DNA of 62,203 nt, filler included, from Ionaspis alba (lineage: Eukaryota): assembly GCA_964255285.1 (NCBI GenBank). It is 5 parts of 5 records of this genome, joined end to end, with 100 filler letters (N's around TTAATTAATTAA, not from the genome) between each part and the next. Parts side by side here need not be neighbours in the genome. Positions count along the whole stretch, not along the records: positions 37,430 to 49,769 come from CAXUUL010000515.1; positions 49,870 to 62,203 come from CAXUUL010000516.1; 3 more parts are not named here. One strand, given 5' to 3'. Both the position numbers and the translations under genes were made by a program. Below are positions 37,430 through 51,100 of the stretch, one piece after another; within the stretch, counting starts at the first letter, position 1; every line of letters starts with the position of its first letter. A model generated the notes under the pieces. It was given only the letters and a program-made list of their open reading frames with translations. It was not told the DNA's origin and did not search any database.

Positions 37430-38366
37430 CCCCCTCATGGATCCCCCCCGAAATCCCATCAATCCACCAAGCACACGTCTCCGCCAACATAGCTCCCACC
37501 TTCCCATTTCCACCATTCAAAACACTCCCCACAATGCTAATCCCCGTCCTGCCCACCTGATCTGTGATATCCAGACCCGTCGCAAAGATCCTTTCAGAGA
37601 TACGATGCGTCCGCTCGTATCTGTATGCGCTTCTGAGGAACAATTTGAGGTAGGGCAGGATGAAGGCGAAGAAGAGGAAGAGTTGGACGATGCCTGAGGC
37701 GAGGAGGCGGTGGAGGAGGGAGGGCGGATGAGAGGAGGGATTGGTGGCGGTTGTCGCTCTTAGGTCTCTTTTAGGTTGTTGAAGAGATGCGGGTAGTGCG
37801 GCGCGTAGACTCGCGGTTTCGGCTTCGGTGAGCTCGTTTGGGAGACCACGCAGGAGATAGGCTACCGCGTGGAGGTAGAGGTGGCGGGCGAAGGAGCGGC
37901 TATCGGCGTCCCGGTGTTGGGATTCCGCGACTGCTGATTGAAGGAGGTCCAGTCCTGTCGTTGTTTTAGCTACTTCCTTGTCAAGCATTTTGCTCTTGTT
38001 GATCTTACCTTGGTTTGCATACTTCCACCCATTTCCAGAGGGCTCGCTCAGCTCGAGGGACGGAAACGCTTGGGTGAGTGATCTGGAAGAAGATCGTCGG
38101 GAGCCTTGCGAGAGGCTGGTACACGCAGTCAAGTCTGCGCTTTGAGGACGCTTGTTCAATGCGACGATGGATGTTCGGGATGATCGGAGGCTGTAAGAGC
38201 TGAGAGATCTCTTGATGGATGGCATGGTGGGTAATCGATGTTTCACTGCTCCTGGCAGCATGGTAAATAAGATAGAAGACTTGATCGTTGCGGATGCGAT
38301 GACGGGCTTGTCGAAGAGTTCTTGAAGCTCGTTTGGCTCGAGTGATTGTGATCTTGGGTGAGCCAT
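37430..38366 (-). CDS. Uncharacterised fungal protein with a C-terminal hydrophobic segment; 3' truncated
   Basis: Starts MAHPRSQS. Segments GWKYANQG|LDLLQSAVAE, LYLHAVAYLLRGLP, LLHRLLASGIVQLFLFFAFILPY and YERTHRISER. In-frame intron ~37955-38008. Confidence 0.75.
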
Positions 38367-41300
38367 AATTGTAGAATGGAAAGAGTGATGCAAGAAATGA
38401 GTGTTTTTCTATGATAGAGTGGTCAATCTATCGATTGAGTGCCAGGAAAGGCAATGTCAAGTGGTGATGCTTGATGGATATGTAAGGGAAAGCATATCAC
38501 TGTAGAACTGATATGGGATTCTTCATATGTAAATGCGTCCTAACCAAGGAATGAAGTTGTCGGCAAGTTGTTGAGAATTTTCACATGCTTTCAGAGACAA
38601 CATTTTATTTCAGCCCTATGACGCGAAACTCCAACGCACGTGAAGACTCGCTTGACAATCTTTGGAGATTGGCCAAGAATAATAGGAAAGTGACCATATG
38701 ATGAGGACAAGCACTGATCGAAGCTTCAAAGGAAAGCTCTGAGAAAATTAATAAGTCTCTGGTGATTCCTTACAGCTTTCAGAAATCTGGAACGGATTTA
38801 GAAGAACTTGAGGCATCTCAAGTCACTAAGCACACGCAGGTTGCAAGAAAGTCAAACGACAAGGACTTGTGCCAACGATTACGGGAAATCATCAGCTTTG
38901 AGCATCTGGAAGCCGCCCCGTACGCGGATGTTTTGGAGGGTGTTTAGTGGGTTGCCGATTGAATTGCGGCCTTGGTTCGTCGACTCCTGGGCACGCAGCG
39001 TGGCACAGTAGATACAGGCACGACATGACCATGTGTTGTTTTGGAATATTCGACAGAGCCTTCTAAAAGTTCTTGGCCAAGCCATGTTACACGAAATTGA
39101 CTTTCCGTCGGGGAAATGTCCCGCTGACTCACCAGTAGAACAAGCTCCTGGCATTCGGAAACGGCGGAAGGAAAGAAATTAAGGCCCTTCCGTTAGTGAA
39201 GGGGTACAGATCTGACCATCACTACTTTATATGCTCGATCTCGATTGATCCCGTGTCGAGATTGTGATGATCACACGGAAATGATTTCTCACTCCCGCGG
39301 TGGATAGACAAGCATTTCGCACGGCTCTGACGGTGTAAAAGCGGTAGCATCGGCCTTATAGCACGGCTCACATCTATCGGAGAATTTCTCATTAGTCCTG
39401 CAGCCATCTCGCACGCAATTCCCGAGCCTCATCGCCCTCCAGCAGCCAGCCGTGGAATTGAGGTGAGACTCGGAGGTTTCCTTTGTGGTGGCGCCTTGGC
39501 TGTGTGATCTTCGGCAAGGATTCCACCGTGCAGTACACTTGCATACCGCACCTGCAGGAGGATCCTGATGGACCATGGACAACTGTGAGCTGCTTCGCTG
39601 TCGGTGAAATTGACGGAAACCAGGGTCACTCGTTGCACCCCCGGCTCGGGAAAGACAAGTGGACAAGCGGCAGCAAGGCTGAGGGTTAGCCCGGCCCGGC
39701 GGGAAGAAAGAAGGCGATAAGGTCCGCTTCCGCCTGAAAAGTTGCCTTGAGGCTCAAAGTCGTGTTGGCGAGTACGTTGCGCGGCAGGACTGGTAGTCTA
39801 GATCCGTATCTCTTGTCATCGTGCGCCAATTGTGGATTCCGCGGCTGTCTTTCTGCTGCGAGCTGGGGGTCCGAGCAACGGGCGTCGTATATTGCTGGGA
39901 GAGACATTGGCTGCCTCGATTTCGCATACGACCTGTAGGCAGGAACAGTATCATGCATCCTGTGTATCACAAAGTACCTCGACTGGGATTGGAAGTCAAA
40001 TCCTCCTCAGCCGTGACGGATTTGCGGTATCATCCTTTCGGGACCGGATCCTTGGGATGTTGAAGCGAGGCGCGATATCCGGCGCTCTGGGACAGTACCA
40101 GACTGTTCTGTTGCACCACAGCAGGAGTTCGATCATCTTTTGCGAACCCGTTAGTACAGGGACGGAATGATGAATGTGGAGGGTCGGGTCGGATGACCTT
40201 CTGATGTCGTACGGTGCGTCGCCATCTTCATGTTGTCTGTGAAACCAGAGACAATGCCAACGCAGTCGTCGTTGAGCGGTCAAGAGCGCTAACAAATGCA
40301 CGGAATTGGCTTTCAGATCGGAGAAAATATGATTTGCCAGGTTGACATGAGGCTTGGGCACCAAGTAATCACATAGCCGCGCGAAAAGCAATATGCATAA
40401 GCAGGTCCATGTACCTCAGCCCAAAGTATTCTTTTCGACCTGTCGCAAAAGGCGGAGTGTTTCTGTACAACGAAAGACAGTTGGATTTGTACCCATCCAT
40501 GCACCGCCCTTTTTTCTTTTTGTTTTTTTCTTTTTGATTGTGTAGGGTCGTCATTGCACAGACCACTTGTCCCAATGAGCACATACATGCAGGGCCCAAG
40601 GCCATGGTAATGGCTGATGAGATCGAGGCACAGCGGACGCCTCGAATCATCACCCGTGCGACGTGCATGAGAAACATCAATCTCCCGATTCCGTCAACGG
40701 TTTGAGCTCACATCTGAGGGATTTATTATCCTCTCTTGGGGAAGTGAGGTAAGTAGCATTCAGACAGTCTAGACGATGACAGCACGATGGTATGCGTAAT
40801 CAACAATCTCGGGGATGTGAAAGCGAAGGATTTCTTCAATGCACGGCATGTTTTCTTCTCGACTAGGGCATGTGTCAAGGTTGATATGCATGGGATACTT
40901 TAAATAAACCTGCTGGCGCGAGCGGTAGCCCCGAATAATTTGGTGCAGATAGAGTTGACGCTTGTCTTGCTTCTTGAGATTTCCAGGTGATTGATCGTCA
41001 GAACCAAGCAAACAGGCAATCAGGTGGATTGTAAGCACTGTAGGGTACAGGCTCCGTAGGGAATGGGATTGATTAGCCGGTCGATCCATAATACTATGAT
41101 GTGGCAGTGCGAATTTTCAGCAGCTTCCAACGTTAGCGAGCCTTTCTCTTTGGAGAAATACTGTACCGTATTCTTTCTCCTCTACTCCTAGCAGGGAGGT
41201 CCTTCCATCTTGCTTCGAGGCATCTTCCCTTCATTCATCATCCCTCCAGGCACTAACTAATTCTGGCTTGCATTAGCGAGTGCTCTTCAGCGCTCTCTGC

Positions 41301-43526
41301 CTCGTGGCAATCTCGTGCAGAAATGACAATGTCAGCAAGTGGCTGGCCAACCATTGCTTGACTCCTTGCTCCCAGTTGTGATAGCCTGTTTTCTCTAGAC
41401 TTGAAGAGGACAAGGCCCAGTATGTCATCATCGGGGAACCACTGTTCGCAGCAAAAGCGCCCCCTTTTGCTCTTCCTTTTTCACGCCACCGGCACCATGT
41501 ACTCTTTCCTTCTCCGTCAACAGACTACAGGACACCATCTGCCACTACCACTCGAGTACCGCGCTTGAGTACGATTCGGAAGACGCTTCTCATGTCCCCG
41601 GGTCAGATGATCACTCGGGAGCCCGCGGATTTGTTTCGTGGCAGGATACCCATGGCTAGACTTTGGCTGGTGATTGAAGGACCGGGCCAACGACGTTCGT
41701 CGTCGTCCCTGCTGGGTACATGCAAAGGATTCCATCACCACCAACCAACTAGGCCGATGATGATATCTAGATCGGAAACGACGATTTAGCCTTTGTTGGC
41801 CCACTGTCTGGTCAAGCTTGATCGATGCCTCAGTCTAAAGTCGCTGGACAGCTTCACCGCCTTACACCGCTCTTTGCGTCGACAACCAATCATTCCATTC
41901 GACTTCATATCACAGCCATAGAGGATACATGACCACGTTGTTGAGAAAGTGACTAATCATCCACGCATCAGCTATGTCACAAACAGCCCTCTTGACGCCC
42001 ACAAAGCAGTGCGTTTGGAAAAAGCGGAGAACAATCAATCGTCTTGCCGCCCCTGTCTTCCGTCTGCATGAAGAATCTCCTTGTTGATGCCAAGGAACAA
42101 GCTTTTGCCCATCTTGTACTCGCACGCCTCAATTTCTGTGATCACGATCTTCGTCATCTCCTTCCGCGTACTACTGTTCTCGAAACCAAAAAACTCGGGC
42201 AAACTACGCCCATGTCGGGCTTAGGTCGGAGGACTTCCGAGCATTCCCCAGGGAAGCAATTAAACTCTTGAATCATGGTCCGGTTCCGCGGGTCACCGAC
42301 AAGTGGACCATCCGGATAGTCAGGGGTGCTCCCGGCTCTTCCAAGATCTCGTTCCTCGTTTCCCTCAATCCTGCCAGTCTTGCTTCTCTTGGGTTATTCC
42401 TTCCTTCTCGTTCCCCTCTCTGTGTTCCCTCTATCCCGTCCCTGTGTCTACGCCCTAAACACAGAGACATACACACGCACACGCACACATCATTATCAAC
42501 CCCCAGCAAGCCTTCCTCCTTATTGCAAGGCAATGGAAGGCAAATTTGCGGCTGACCCTACCCTATCCTTGTCCTACTTCTAATTCTTGGTGTTTGTTCC
42601 GCGCTACCGCCCATGACATCCACATCAAGCAATTTTCGGTTTACCGCAAGTACGATTAGAAGTAGCGGCATGCAGCACAGCACCGAACCAAGCCGCTGGA
42701 GATCCTTCTATCGCTAGTAACCTTTTTGATCAGGTGGGCTCGCGTGTGCAGGGGCGCCATGATAGTCCCCGGCTTCTTCTTGTTTGCTTTCCGTTGGAGT
42801 AATTATGCCTACACTACGCTTTCTTCTCTGTCCCTCTTCCAATGATCCTCCACGCGGTTGCGTCCAATGGCTCCCGAGACGGAGCTCACCGTGGGCATTA
42901 TTGTGGAATGTATCACTCCGGTCGATTGCTGGGCCCAGGTTTGTCAGTACACTTTGGGGCTAAGTGCCATGGATTCACCGTTGGCTAGCAGCTCCTCTAT
43001 CCATGATCCGGAATGGGCTCCAGATCTTCCTCTGACACTTTCATTATTGTTTTTGCACAAGACGTGTTCATCTCTGCTGCTTCTACCCGTCACCGCCCGG
43101 GGTTATTCAAATCATCGTCAATGTTTCCCTCGACTCTTTTTTTATACGTCGTCGACTCCCACTACTGTCATCTACTATTTGTCCCCCTCTCACACACACC
43201 ATTCACCTAAACTCTTTACCCATGATTGCCTTATCTCTGTCACTACACACTGCTTGTCAAGTGCTCAAATATACCCAGAGAATCCCCATCCTTACATAAC
43301 TCAAGCCGCACTATTGCTTGCATCCCTCCCTCCCTCCTCCTCGCCTCTAATTCAACCCTAGTCTGGAATCTCCTGCATGTTCCGAATCCACCGGACTGGG
43401 ACACCTTAACGCCTCCAAACCCTCGTCCCTGCGCCATCATCCAGTCTATCTGGGAAACATTTTCTTTTTCCTTCTCCTCATCATCCTCACACCTTGCCTG
43501 AACTGGAAGTCTTGAAGCAGAACATC

Positions 43527-45584
43527 ATGGTTCCTCCATCTGTTGTCTCCCGCGGACGGCGAAGTCATGCTGGAGACAAGATGGTAGCTTTCCCCATGCA
43601 ACAACTGTTCATTCTTGGTATGTCTTATACTCGCTCACACCCTGGTCCTCTTACCCATTGTTTATGGTCAGAGTTCTTTTCTGGGAGTTAGCGAACCCAC
43701 AACTTCAATCTCAATTGCTCCCCATATATCTCTATACTAACGTACGAATGACTTCCAGCTCTCTGCCGAATCTGCGAACCCATTGCCTTCATGTCCATAT
43801 TCCCCTACAGCTACTACCTTATCGAATCCTTCCAAATCACCACCGACGAGAAGAAGACCGCCGTCTACGCAGGCCTCATCACATCCGCCTTCGCCTTTGC
43901 CGAGTTCTCCACCAGTGTGGTTTGGGGGCGCATAAGTGACAGGATTGGCCGCAAGCCCGTGCTAATAGGCGGACTGGCTGGAACTGGGCTCAGCATGATA
44001 TTGTTCGGCTTTGCCCCCAATTTGCCGATGGCGCTGATAGCACGGGCTCTTGGAGGCTTGCTCAATGGGTAAGAATAATTTATCCTTGGAGCTTGGGAAG
44101 CTGTGGTGCATAAGAACAGTGAGCTGATTTTAGGGACAATAGCAATATTGGGGTTTTACAAACCACTGTGGCCGAGATCGTGACTGTCAAGGAGCACCAG
44201 CGTGAGCAATCGAACTATCAACTATGAAAAGAACTAACAATTATTAGCTCGCGCTTATGCAATAATGCCATTTGTATGGTGCCTTGGGTATGGGCTTCCA
44301 CCTCCGTCTATCCTATTAATCTGACACCTTTAAGATCAATCCTTGGTCCGGCGCTCGGAGGTGCCCTGGCTCAGCCATGTATCAACTATCCTCAACTTTT
44401 CGCCCGTGGTACAATTTTCGACAAGTTCCCATTCCTGCTGCCCAACCTTGTCTGCACTCTCATCCTGGTATGCGGTGTTATTATCGGTATCCTGTTCCTG
44501 GAAGAGACGCACCAAGATATCAAACATCGACGAGATATCGGCGTCGAAGCTGGCAAATGGATCCTGAGTTTTTTTGGATGGGATGAAGAACAGCCGGTTT
44601 CTTGTGACAAATTCAAAGATGCCAATTTCGAGGAGACGCTCTCGTTACTCGAGGATGATCTACCACCAGGATATCGTACTCACGAGAGCTCACCTCGATT
44701 ACCATCGTCACGTGCTCACTCACCGACCAAAACCGAGAAGCAAGAAAGATCTCACGGGGCTCGAAAAGCTTTCACCAGACAGGTTATTGTGAATATCGTG
44801 GGATATGGTATCCTTGCCTTGTAAGTCAACCTTTGGAACAAATTCCTTGTCTGATGCGTACTGACTAATGCCAAGTCATACCATCACCTTTGATATTCTC
44901 ATGCCAATTTTCCTCGCTGAAGATATATCTCACGATCCAATATCTCTGCCGTTCAAATTCAGCGGCGGTTTCGCATTGTCGAGCAAATTCATTGGCCTGA
45001 TGATTTCACTGCAAGGCATCTGTTCAATGATTGCGCAGATCTTCCTATTTCCATTTGTTGTTAGGCGTTTCGGCAACTTAAGGACCTTTCGATTCGTGGT
45101 AATGTCTTGGCCAATCCTATACCTCATCGTGCCCTATACCGTACTACTTCCGAGCCGCTTCCGGTTAGCAGCCATCGGTTTCTGTCTGCTATGGAGAATT
45201 CTTGGGCAAGTCTTCGCATATCCTTGCAATGCGATACTCCTCACCAATTCTGCGCCATCAATGCTGGTTCTCGGCTTGATCAATGGTGCAGCAGCTTCGA
45301 CTGCTAGCCTGTGCCGTGCTTTTGGTCCTGCGATAGCCGGAGTCCTTCACGATTGGGGCAACGGAAAAGGCTACAACGGTGTGGCTTGGTGGACGGGCGG
45401 CATCATCTGTGTCATTGGTGCTGTGGAGAGTTTCTGGATGGAAGAAGGCCAGGGTCGGATGGATCACGTCGACGAAGACGATGAAGAAGCGACTCTTATT
45501 GAACCACATATCGATCCCTTGGACATCGATGCCGTGATTACTGCTGCAACGAAGCCAGGCAAGCAAGCGGTTGAGGGAGCGTAA
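43527..45584 (+). CDS. Major facilitator superfamily transporter (ZIFL/YCR023C-like)
   Basis: FPMQQLFIL|ALCRICEPIAFMSIFPY, MFS motif A WGRISDRIGRKPVLIGG, and ILGPALGG. Multiple TM segments and about 5 introns. Confidence 0.93.
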
Positions 45585-46374
45585 CGTTGAAGTTGCCGAG
45601 TGCCCGGCAAAATGCTATCGATGATAGGGCTCTCGACGAACAATTCCACACATACTAATGACGACTATGACATTTTGCAGCGATTTTTCAATACACATTA
45701 CGGCCATGACTCCGGAGCGCGCTTTTACAGGGATTAGACTTAGAGGGATATAATAAGGGCTTCCGGAAGCCTCAGTAGGTGTGCAAACACTATGGTTCTG
45801 GAATTGTTGCATTATAGGCTCCGGCGCTGGGAACACGAGGGAGCAAAATACTGGGTGGCTGGTTCTGCTTCACTATACCATGTAGCTTTTCTTGCTGGTG
45901 ATCTTACTTTGATAATCGAACATTGCTTTAGCTTAATTTCTTTTTTCACATGCTGCAAAAGCTGGACATTCGTCGCCGTGTGTTTTAACCCAACTAAAAG
46001 AATACAATTCGAACATCATAATCACTCACGATCGTGACTTGATGATTGCATCTGGATTACAGAAGGTGACAGATGGGACAACTAATATCTCTCGCCCCAC
46101 GCTGCCGTTCCCAAAAGGAAAGACGAGAAGAAGCCGTGCGGCGATAAGACAGGGCTGCGTGGGGATTGGTGGTTGTGACAGCTGCAAGATGGACCAGCTA
46201 AATCAAATGCCCAGTCGATCCACGATCCCAGCATCATCCCATACACCGGTTTTCCAATAATCTGTTTCTCGTCTTTGCGCAAGCATTTTGTCGTTGTCAC
46301 GCGCAGAAAAGTTGCTCGATGCGCTCGTTCAGGTTGTCCGAACATGCGTCAGTGCAGCTACTCCCTTGCCTCTG

Positions 46375-49300
46375 ATGAATTCCCCCAATTCCGGTACTAA
46401 GCGTGCTCGGCAATCCCCCGAATCCCCTCCGTCACTTCCGTTCCCAGCGAACAACAACAGCCTCTCACCAAGCGACGCATTCCCCCCATCCGCACTTTCC
46501 ACCAACAATCCCAACGCATCCTCCTCCTCTTACTCCTCCTCCTCCTTCCGCAACGTCTCCGCCTGCAACCGGTGCCGCCTGCGCAAAAATCGCTGCGACC
46601 AAAACCTCCCCGCGTGCACCTCCTGCGAAAAAGCCCGCGTCAAATGCGTCGGCTTCGACCCCATCACCAAAAGGGAGATTCCCCGAGCCTACGTCTACTA
46701 CCTCGAAAGTCGGGTGTCTTACCTCGAGTCTGTGCTCCATGACCACGGCATCGCGTATGCACCGGCCCAAGACTTCGACCTCGGCGCCAAACCGCTCGCT
46801 GGTGTCTCGGAGGGCTCTGCTTCTACTACTGCAGCAGCAGCCAGCTCGCCGGGCCAGGAGCGTCAACATCATGCAACGGGTCACGCGCGGGGTTTGCATC
46901 GGGAGCCCGAATCGGGCGATCACGGAACGACGACGGAGCGCTCGATCAATGGCGTCTGGGACCAGAAGCAGGATGAGGCGGATAAGCTGAACAAGCTGGT
47001 TTCGAACATCGGGATGGTTTCCGTACAAGGTGCCTCCGATCCAAGATATCTCGGATCCACGTCGGGGATTTCTTTCGCCAGGGTCGTCTTCGCAGCCGTC
47101 AAGAGCTCGGTTGGGGGGTCTGTTTCCGAGCGCGCGGGCGTTCGTTCCGGCAAGCCGGCTTCGGCCTCTGCTGCAGGGTCCGCGGCAGCTGTGAGTGGGA
47201 CTTCGATGAGGGATTCTTTTTTCGGACTGCAAGCGAAACCCGCGACGAGGAGGGCGCCGTTCCCGGATAGGGAGTTGGGTGCCAGACTTGCGAATCTTTA
47301 CTTCGAGCATGCGAATCCGCAGATTCCGATCCTGCATCGGGGGGAGTTTATGGCGCTTTTTGATCGCGCGTATGCGGCCGATGAACGCCATCGCTCCCCG
47401 AGGGAATTGTATATGCTGAATATTGTGTTTGCGATCGGCGCGGGGATTATTCTCGGGGCGCCGGAGGAAGGGTCTTCGTCGCCTGGGACTGCGTCGGTGA
47501 AGAAGTCGCCGCCAATCAAACGCGAGCCTGGGTCTCCGAAAGCCAAACGCATGAGAATGTCGATGCAGCAGCAGCAGCCGGAGGAATATCATGCGTCTGC
47601 GATGGTTCATTTGGAGTTCTTCCTCGGATCGACGACGGCTGCGGATCGCTCTGAAGGGTTTGGTGGTAGTCTTGAGGAACTGCAGGCGGTGTTGCTACTA
47701 GCGGGGTTTGCCTTGTTGCGCCCTGTTGCTCCGGGTTTGTGGTACATCGTCGGGGTTGCCGTGAGGCTTGCCGTGGATTTGGGTCTGCATTACGAGGATG
47801 GGACTGGCATTGATGATATCGGTGTTACCAAGAATCAAGATGTTGCTTTGCAGGCTGCGGGCGTTCACGCGAACGATGTCGATGCAAAGGAGAAGGGGAG
47901 AAGAGAATGGGTTCGTGATTTGAGACGGCGCCTTTGGTGGTGCGTGTACTCGTTCGACCGCCTCGTGAGCACCTGTGTTGGACGACCCTTTGGTATCACA
48001 GACCAAGTCATCACCACCGAGTTTCCTTCCGTGCTCGACGATAATTACATCACTACATCCGGTTTCACGGCACCGCCTCATGCATCTGAAAGCCCCAGCT
48101 ACAAGCGAGTGGCACATCACTACTTCCGCCTGCGACTGCTACAATCGGAGATCTTGCAGGTGCTGCAATACCGCCAAGCGAGGCAGGCAAGGGAGAAAGG
48201 CAAGAACAGCGCGAACGAGTTCATGCACACGAAATTGAACTTGCCGTTCCTCGAAGGCTTCGAGTCCTTCACCGCCTGGCGCAAGGACATCGATCGAAGG
48301 CTTTGGGAATGGAAGGAGAGTGCCCCCTCGCAGAAGGAGACGACAGTACAGTTCTCCGTGCAGTTCCTCGAACTCAATTACTGGCAAGCGGTCATCATGC
48401 TGTATCGGCAGAGTTTGAGTCAACCTCCGGAACTGGGTGGTGAGGTTAGTCCAAGCGAGGAGATTGCTAGTCCTATGTCTGTGAGCTTGGACGAGAGGGA
48501 AAGTGACGAGGATGTGTTTTTGAAGGTTGCAGAGGCCGGGCAGAAGGTCTTGAAGTTGTATAGGCAGTTACATCGGGTGCATTTGGTCAACTATACGTTT
48601 TTGGCTACTCATCATCTTTTTATGGCCGGTATGTTCTCGGTCCTAGTGGAAGGGTTTCTCTAATAGCGAAACAGGGATTGCGTTCTTGTATGCGATCTGG
48701 CATTCTGCGACTGTGCGAAGTCGACTCGTATGTCCCCTCAACTATTTCTCTCGCTTATACTGACGACAACAGACACTCGACGATGTCGACTTCACGGTCC
48801 TAGCCGCGACTTCCGTCCTCGGAGACCTGATCGAGAAATGCCCTCCCGCAGAAGCCTGTCGTGATGCCTTCGACCGTATGTCCAAAGCAACGGTCCAGAT
48901 GTGTCTTTCAACCACCGGATTTGGCTCCCGCGCTCCTTTCTACGGCCCCCAAAAGCTCAAGACCTCTCACTCGCGTTCTTCATCCTCGCCATCAGCAATG
49001 CACTCCAGTCCGCCACCCGCTCAACCGAATCCATCTTTCTACCAGCAGCAACCACAGCAATCGTCTTATGTGCAGCCTCTGAATGATAGGAACTACTTCC
49101 GTCCCCAGCGCCCTCGTCCTCAATTCGATATGAATCTTCGTGACCTCTTCCCAGAAGATACGGCCGAGCTTAGGGATTTCTCCCGCAACCTCGGACGGTG
49201 GCAACCCACGCCACCTAAACTCCCTACTCGTCATACTTCAGATTCTGCATTCATGAGAGCCCAACAACAGCAGAAACCATCAGACTCGTCCATACCGCAG

Positions 49301-49672
49301 TATGAATCGACGTACTCACCGCAATATCCGGCGCATAACATGCAGAACATGCAGAACGACATGGGCATGGCAGCCAAGTTCTCCAGCTCCGATGGCAATG
49401 TCATGGATGCAATGTCGGACGCGGCATATGCACCCAACGACGATCTTGCATCAGGCTCCACTAATCAAGACAATGTAGTGGGAGATGCAATGGAAGGGTA
49501 CGATGCATTCTCCAATTTACCAATCGATATCGATTCACTCTTGGCGGACACCGCGGGACAGTATTCGGGTCATCCTGGACTGGCGTTAGGTTTCGACAAT
49601 GAGCATGACTGGAGCGAGGGTGGGGGTGTGGATTTCTTGGATGGGTATTTCTTTGGTGGTGTGGGTACGTGA
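46375..49672 (+). CDS. uaY: Zn(II)2Cys6 transcription factor, positive regulator of purine utilisation (UaY/Ppr1 family)
   Basis: FRNVSACNRCRLRKNRCDQNLPACTSCEKARVKCVGFDPITKREIPRAYVYYLESRV, YLGSTSGISFAR, and fungal-TF domain LRRRLWWCVYSFDRLVSTCVGRPFGI. Acidic C-terminal activation tail. Two short introns at about 48.63-48.77 kb. Confidence 0.9.
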
Positions 49673-49769
49673 GTTGTGAGGGAGGTAGAGCAATGGTAGG
49701 AGGGAAAAGGAGGTACCAAGGCGTTTCATTGCAGGTATCAGGCGGAATGAGGCTTATGATGGGATGAGT

Positions 49770-49869
49770 NNNNNNNNNNNNNNNNNNNNNNNNNNNNNNN
49801 NNNNNNNNNNNNNTTAATTAATTAANNNNNNNNNNNNNNNNNNNNNNNNNNNNNNNNNNNNNNNNNNNN
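49770..49869. other. Artificial contig linker N44-TTAATTAATTAA-N44
   Basis: Same linker as at 12417. Confidence 0.97.
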
Positions 49870-50633
49870 AAGCTTACCTGACCACCAAAGCCATCTCTAC
49901 TCCTCCTCTTCTCCTTCATATCTTCAGCACTCGGTGGAGGTGGCAAGAAGCCCATTCCACCTCCTTCGCCCCATCCTCCGCTGGGTGGTGCAATGCCACC
50001 CCTTTCCTCCTCACCATCCCTCCTCCTCCCTCTACCGGCAATCTCGACTCTGATGCTCTCTCCCTCCTTGAGTCTCCAATCCCTCTTCACCTCCCCCTTC
50101 TGCTTGACCACCGTCCCTCTATCCCTACCTGCTGATGCTCTTTGCTGCTCGTCTTTGACGCCAAAACCTAGGACCTTTGCCGCCTCACTGAGCGCAATGC
50201 CGAAGTCAAAAGCTTCGCTGCGCTCCTCGAAGCCGATGCCTAGCGTCGCCTTGCGGCCGCCATCGCCAACAACGCGGAGAGCAAAGAAGCGACTGCTATC
50301 TAGAGCGGCGGAGACGGCCACTGGCGATGTGTATGGAGCTTCCGCGAAGAGGGCGTTAGTTTCGGGGTCTTCAAGGAGGATGGAGGTAGAAATGGATTCC
50401 CCGGCGGCAGTCTTTGAAGGCCCGGCCGACGAAGTTGTGTTAGAAGGGAGATTGGGAACAGCAGTCTCAAGAATGCGAAGGCGAGCAGTGAAGATTTGTT
50501 TATATGGGGGTTGCGTCCAGCTTGAGGCGTTGTAACCTTTCGTGCTTGTAAGTGGCGGAATAGCGTAGACGTGAACAGTAGGAGTCTGGAAGAGTGTGCG
50601 CTGAATTATGTCAGGGGGCAGGTCGGCGGACAT
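49870..50633 (-). CDS. Adaptin ear-binding coat-associated protein (NECAP, PHear/DUF1681 domain); 3' truncated
   Basis: Motifs VHVYAIPPLTSTKGYNASSW, LFAEAPY, DSSRFFALRV, LGIGFEERSEAFDF, LKEGESIRV and LPPPPS. Confidence 0.92.
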
Positions 50634-51100
50634 TGTAACTCAATTGGAGAAGGAGTAATGCGCGGCTCATCATTCGGAATAAGATGGACTGCCCTGGGAT
50701 CAGATTCCCCACGCTACAGGTGTGGCTTACGGGTGTCCCTCGTGGGTTCATGGTACAGCGGGAGATCTGCGGGGGGCTGCTATGACTTGCAGAAGTTGGG
50801 AGTTGTGGGATTACTTCGGATTAATCACAAAATGCCCATGATGACCTCGCACTATACGGATCCCTCAGACGATACGACCCCCGAATTTGTAGGCATGCAT
50901 TATTGAAAGTCCATCAAGCACATACGACAAGATCATGGCAGATTCAATGCCTTCTCGTAAGCTCTTCGATTGATTTTCATAGCATTGATGCAGAAAAGTG
51001 CTTAAATTGATCGGCAGCCCCAAAGTCTCCGTCACCCACGACGCCGGAGCATGTCTCAACAACAACAACACCACCTCCTCTTGCCGGCAATCCTCCAGCT

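Noticed and set aside
42226..42240. TCGGAGGACTTCCGA as a UaY-binding site upstream of the MFS gene
   Set aside because: The spacer is 7 nt rather than the 6 nt of TCGG-N6-CCGA, and it lies about 1.3 kb from the ATG.
46465..47610. 381-aa antisense ORF within uaY, and similar antisense ORFs over other genes
   Set aside because: Shadow ORFs of GC-rich coding sequence with Arg-rich, motif-less translations.
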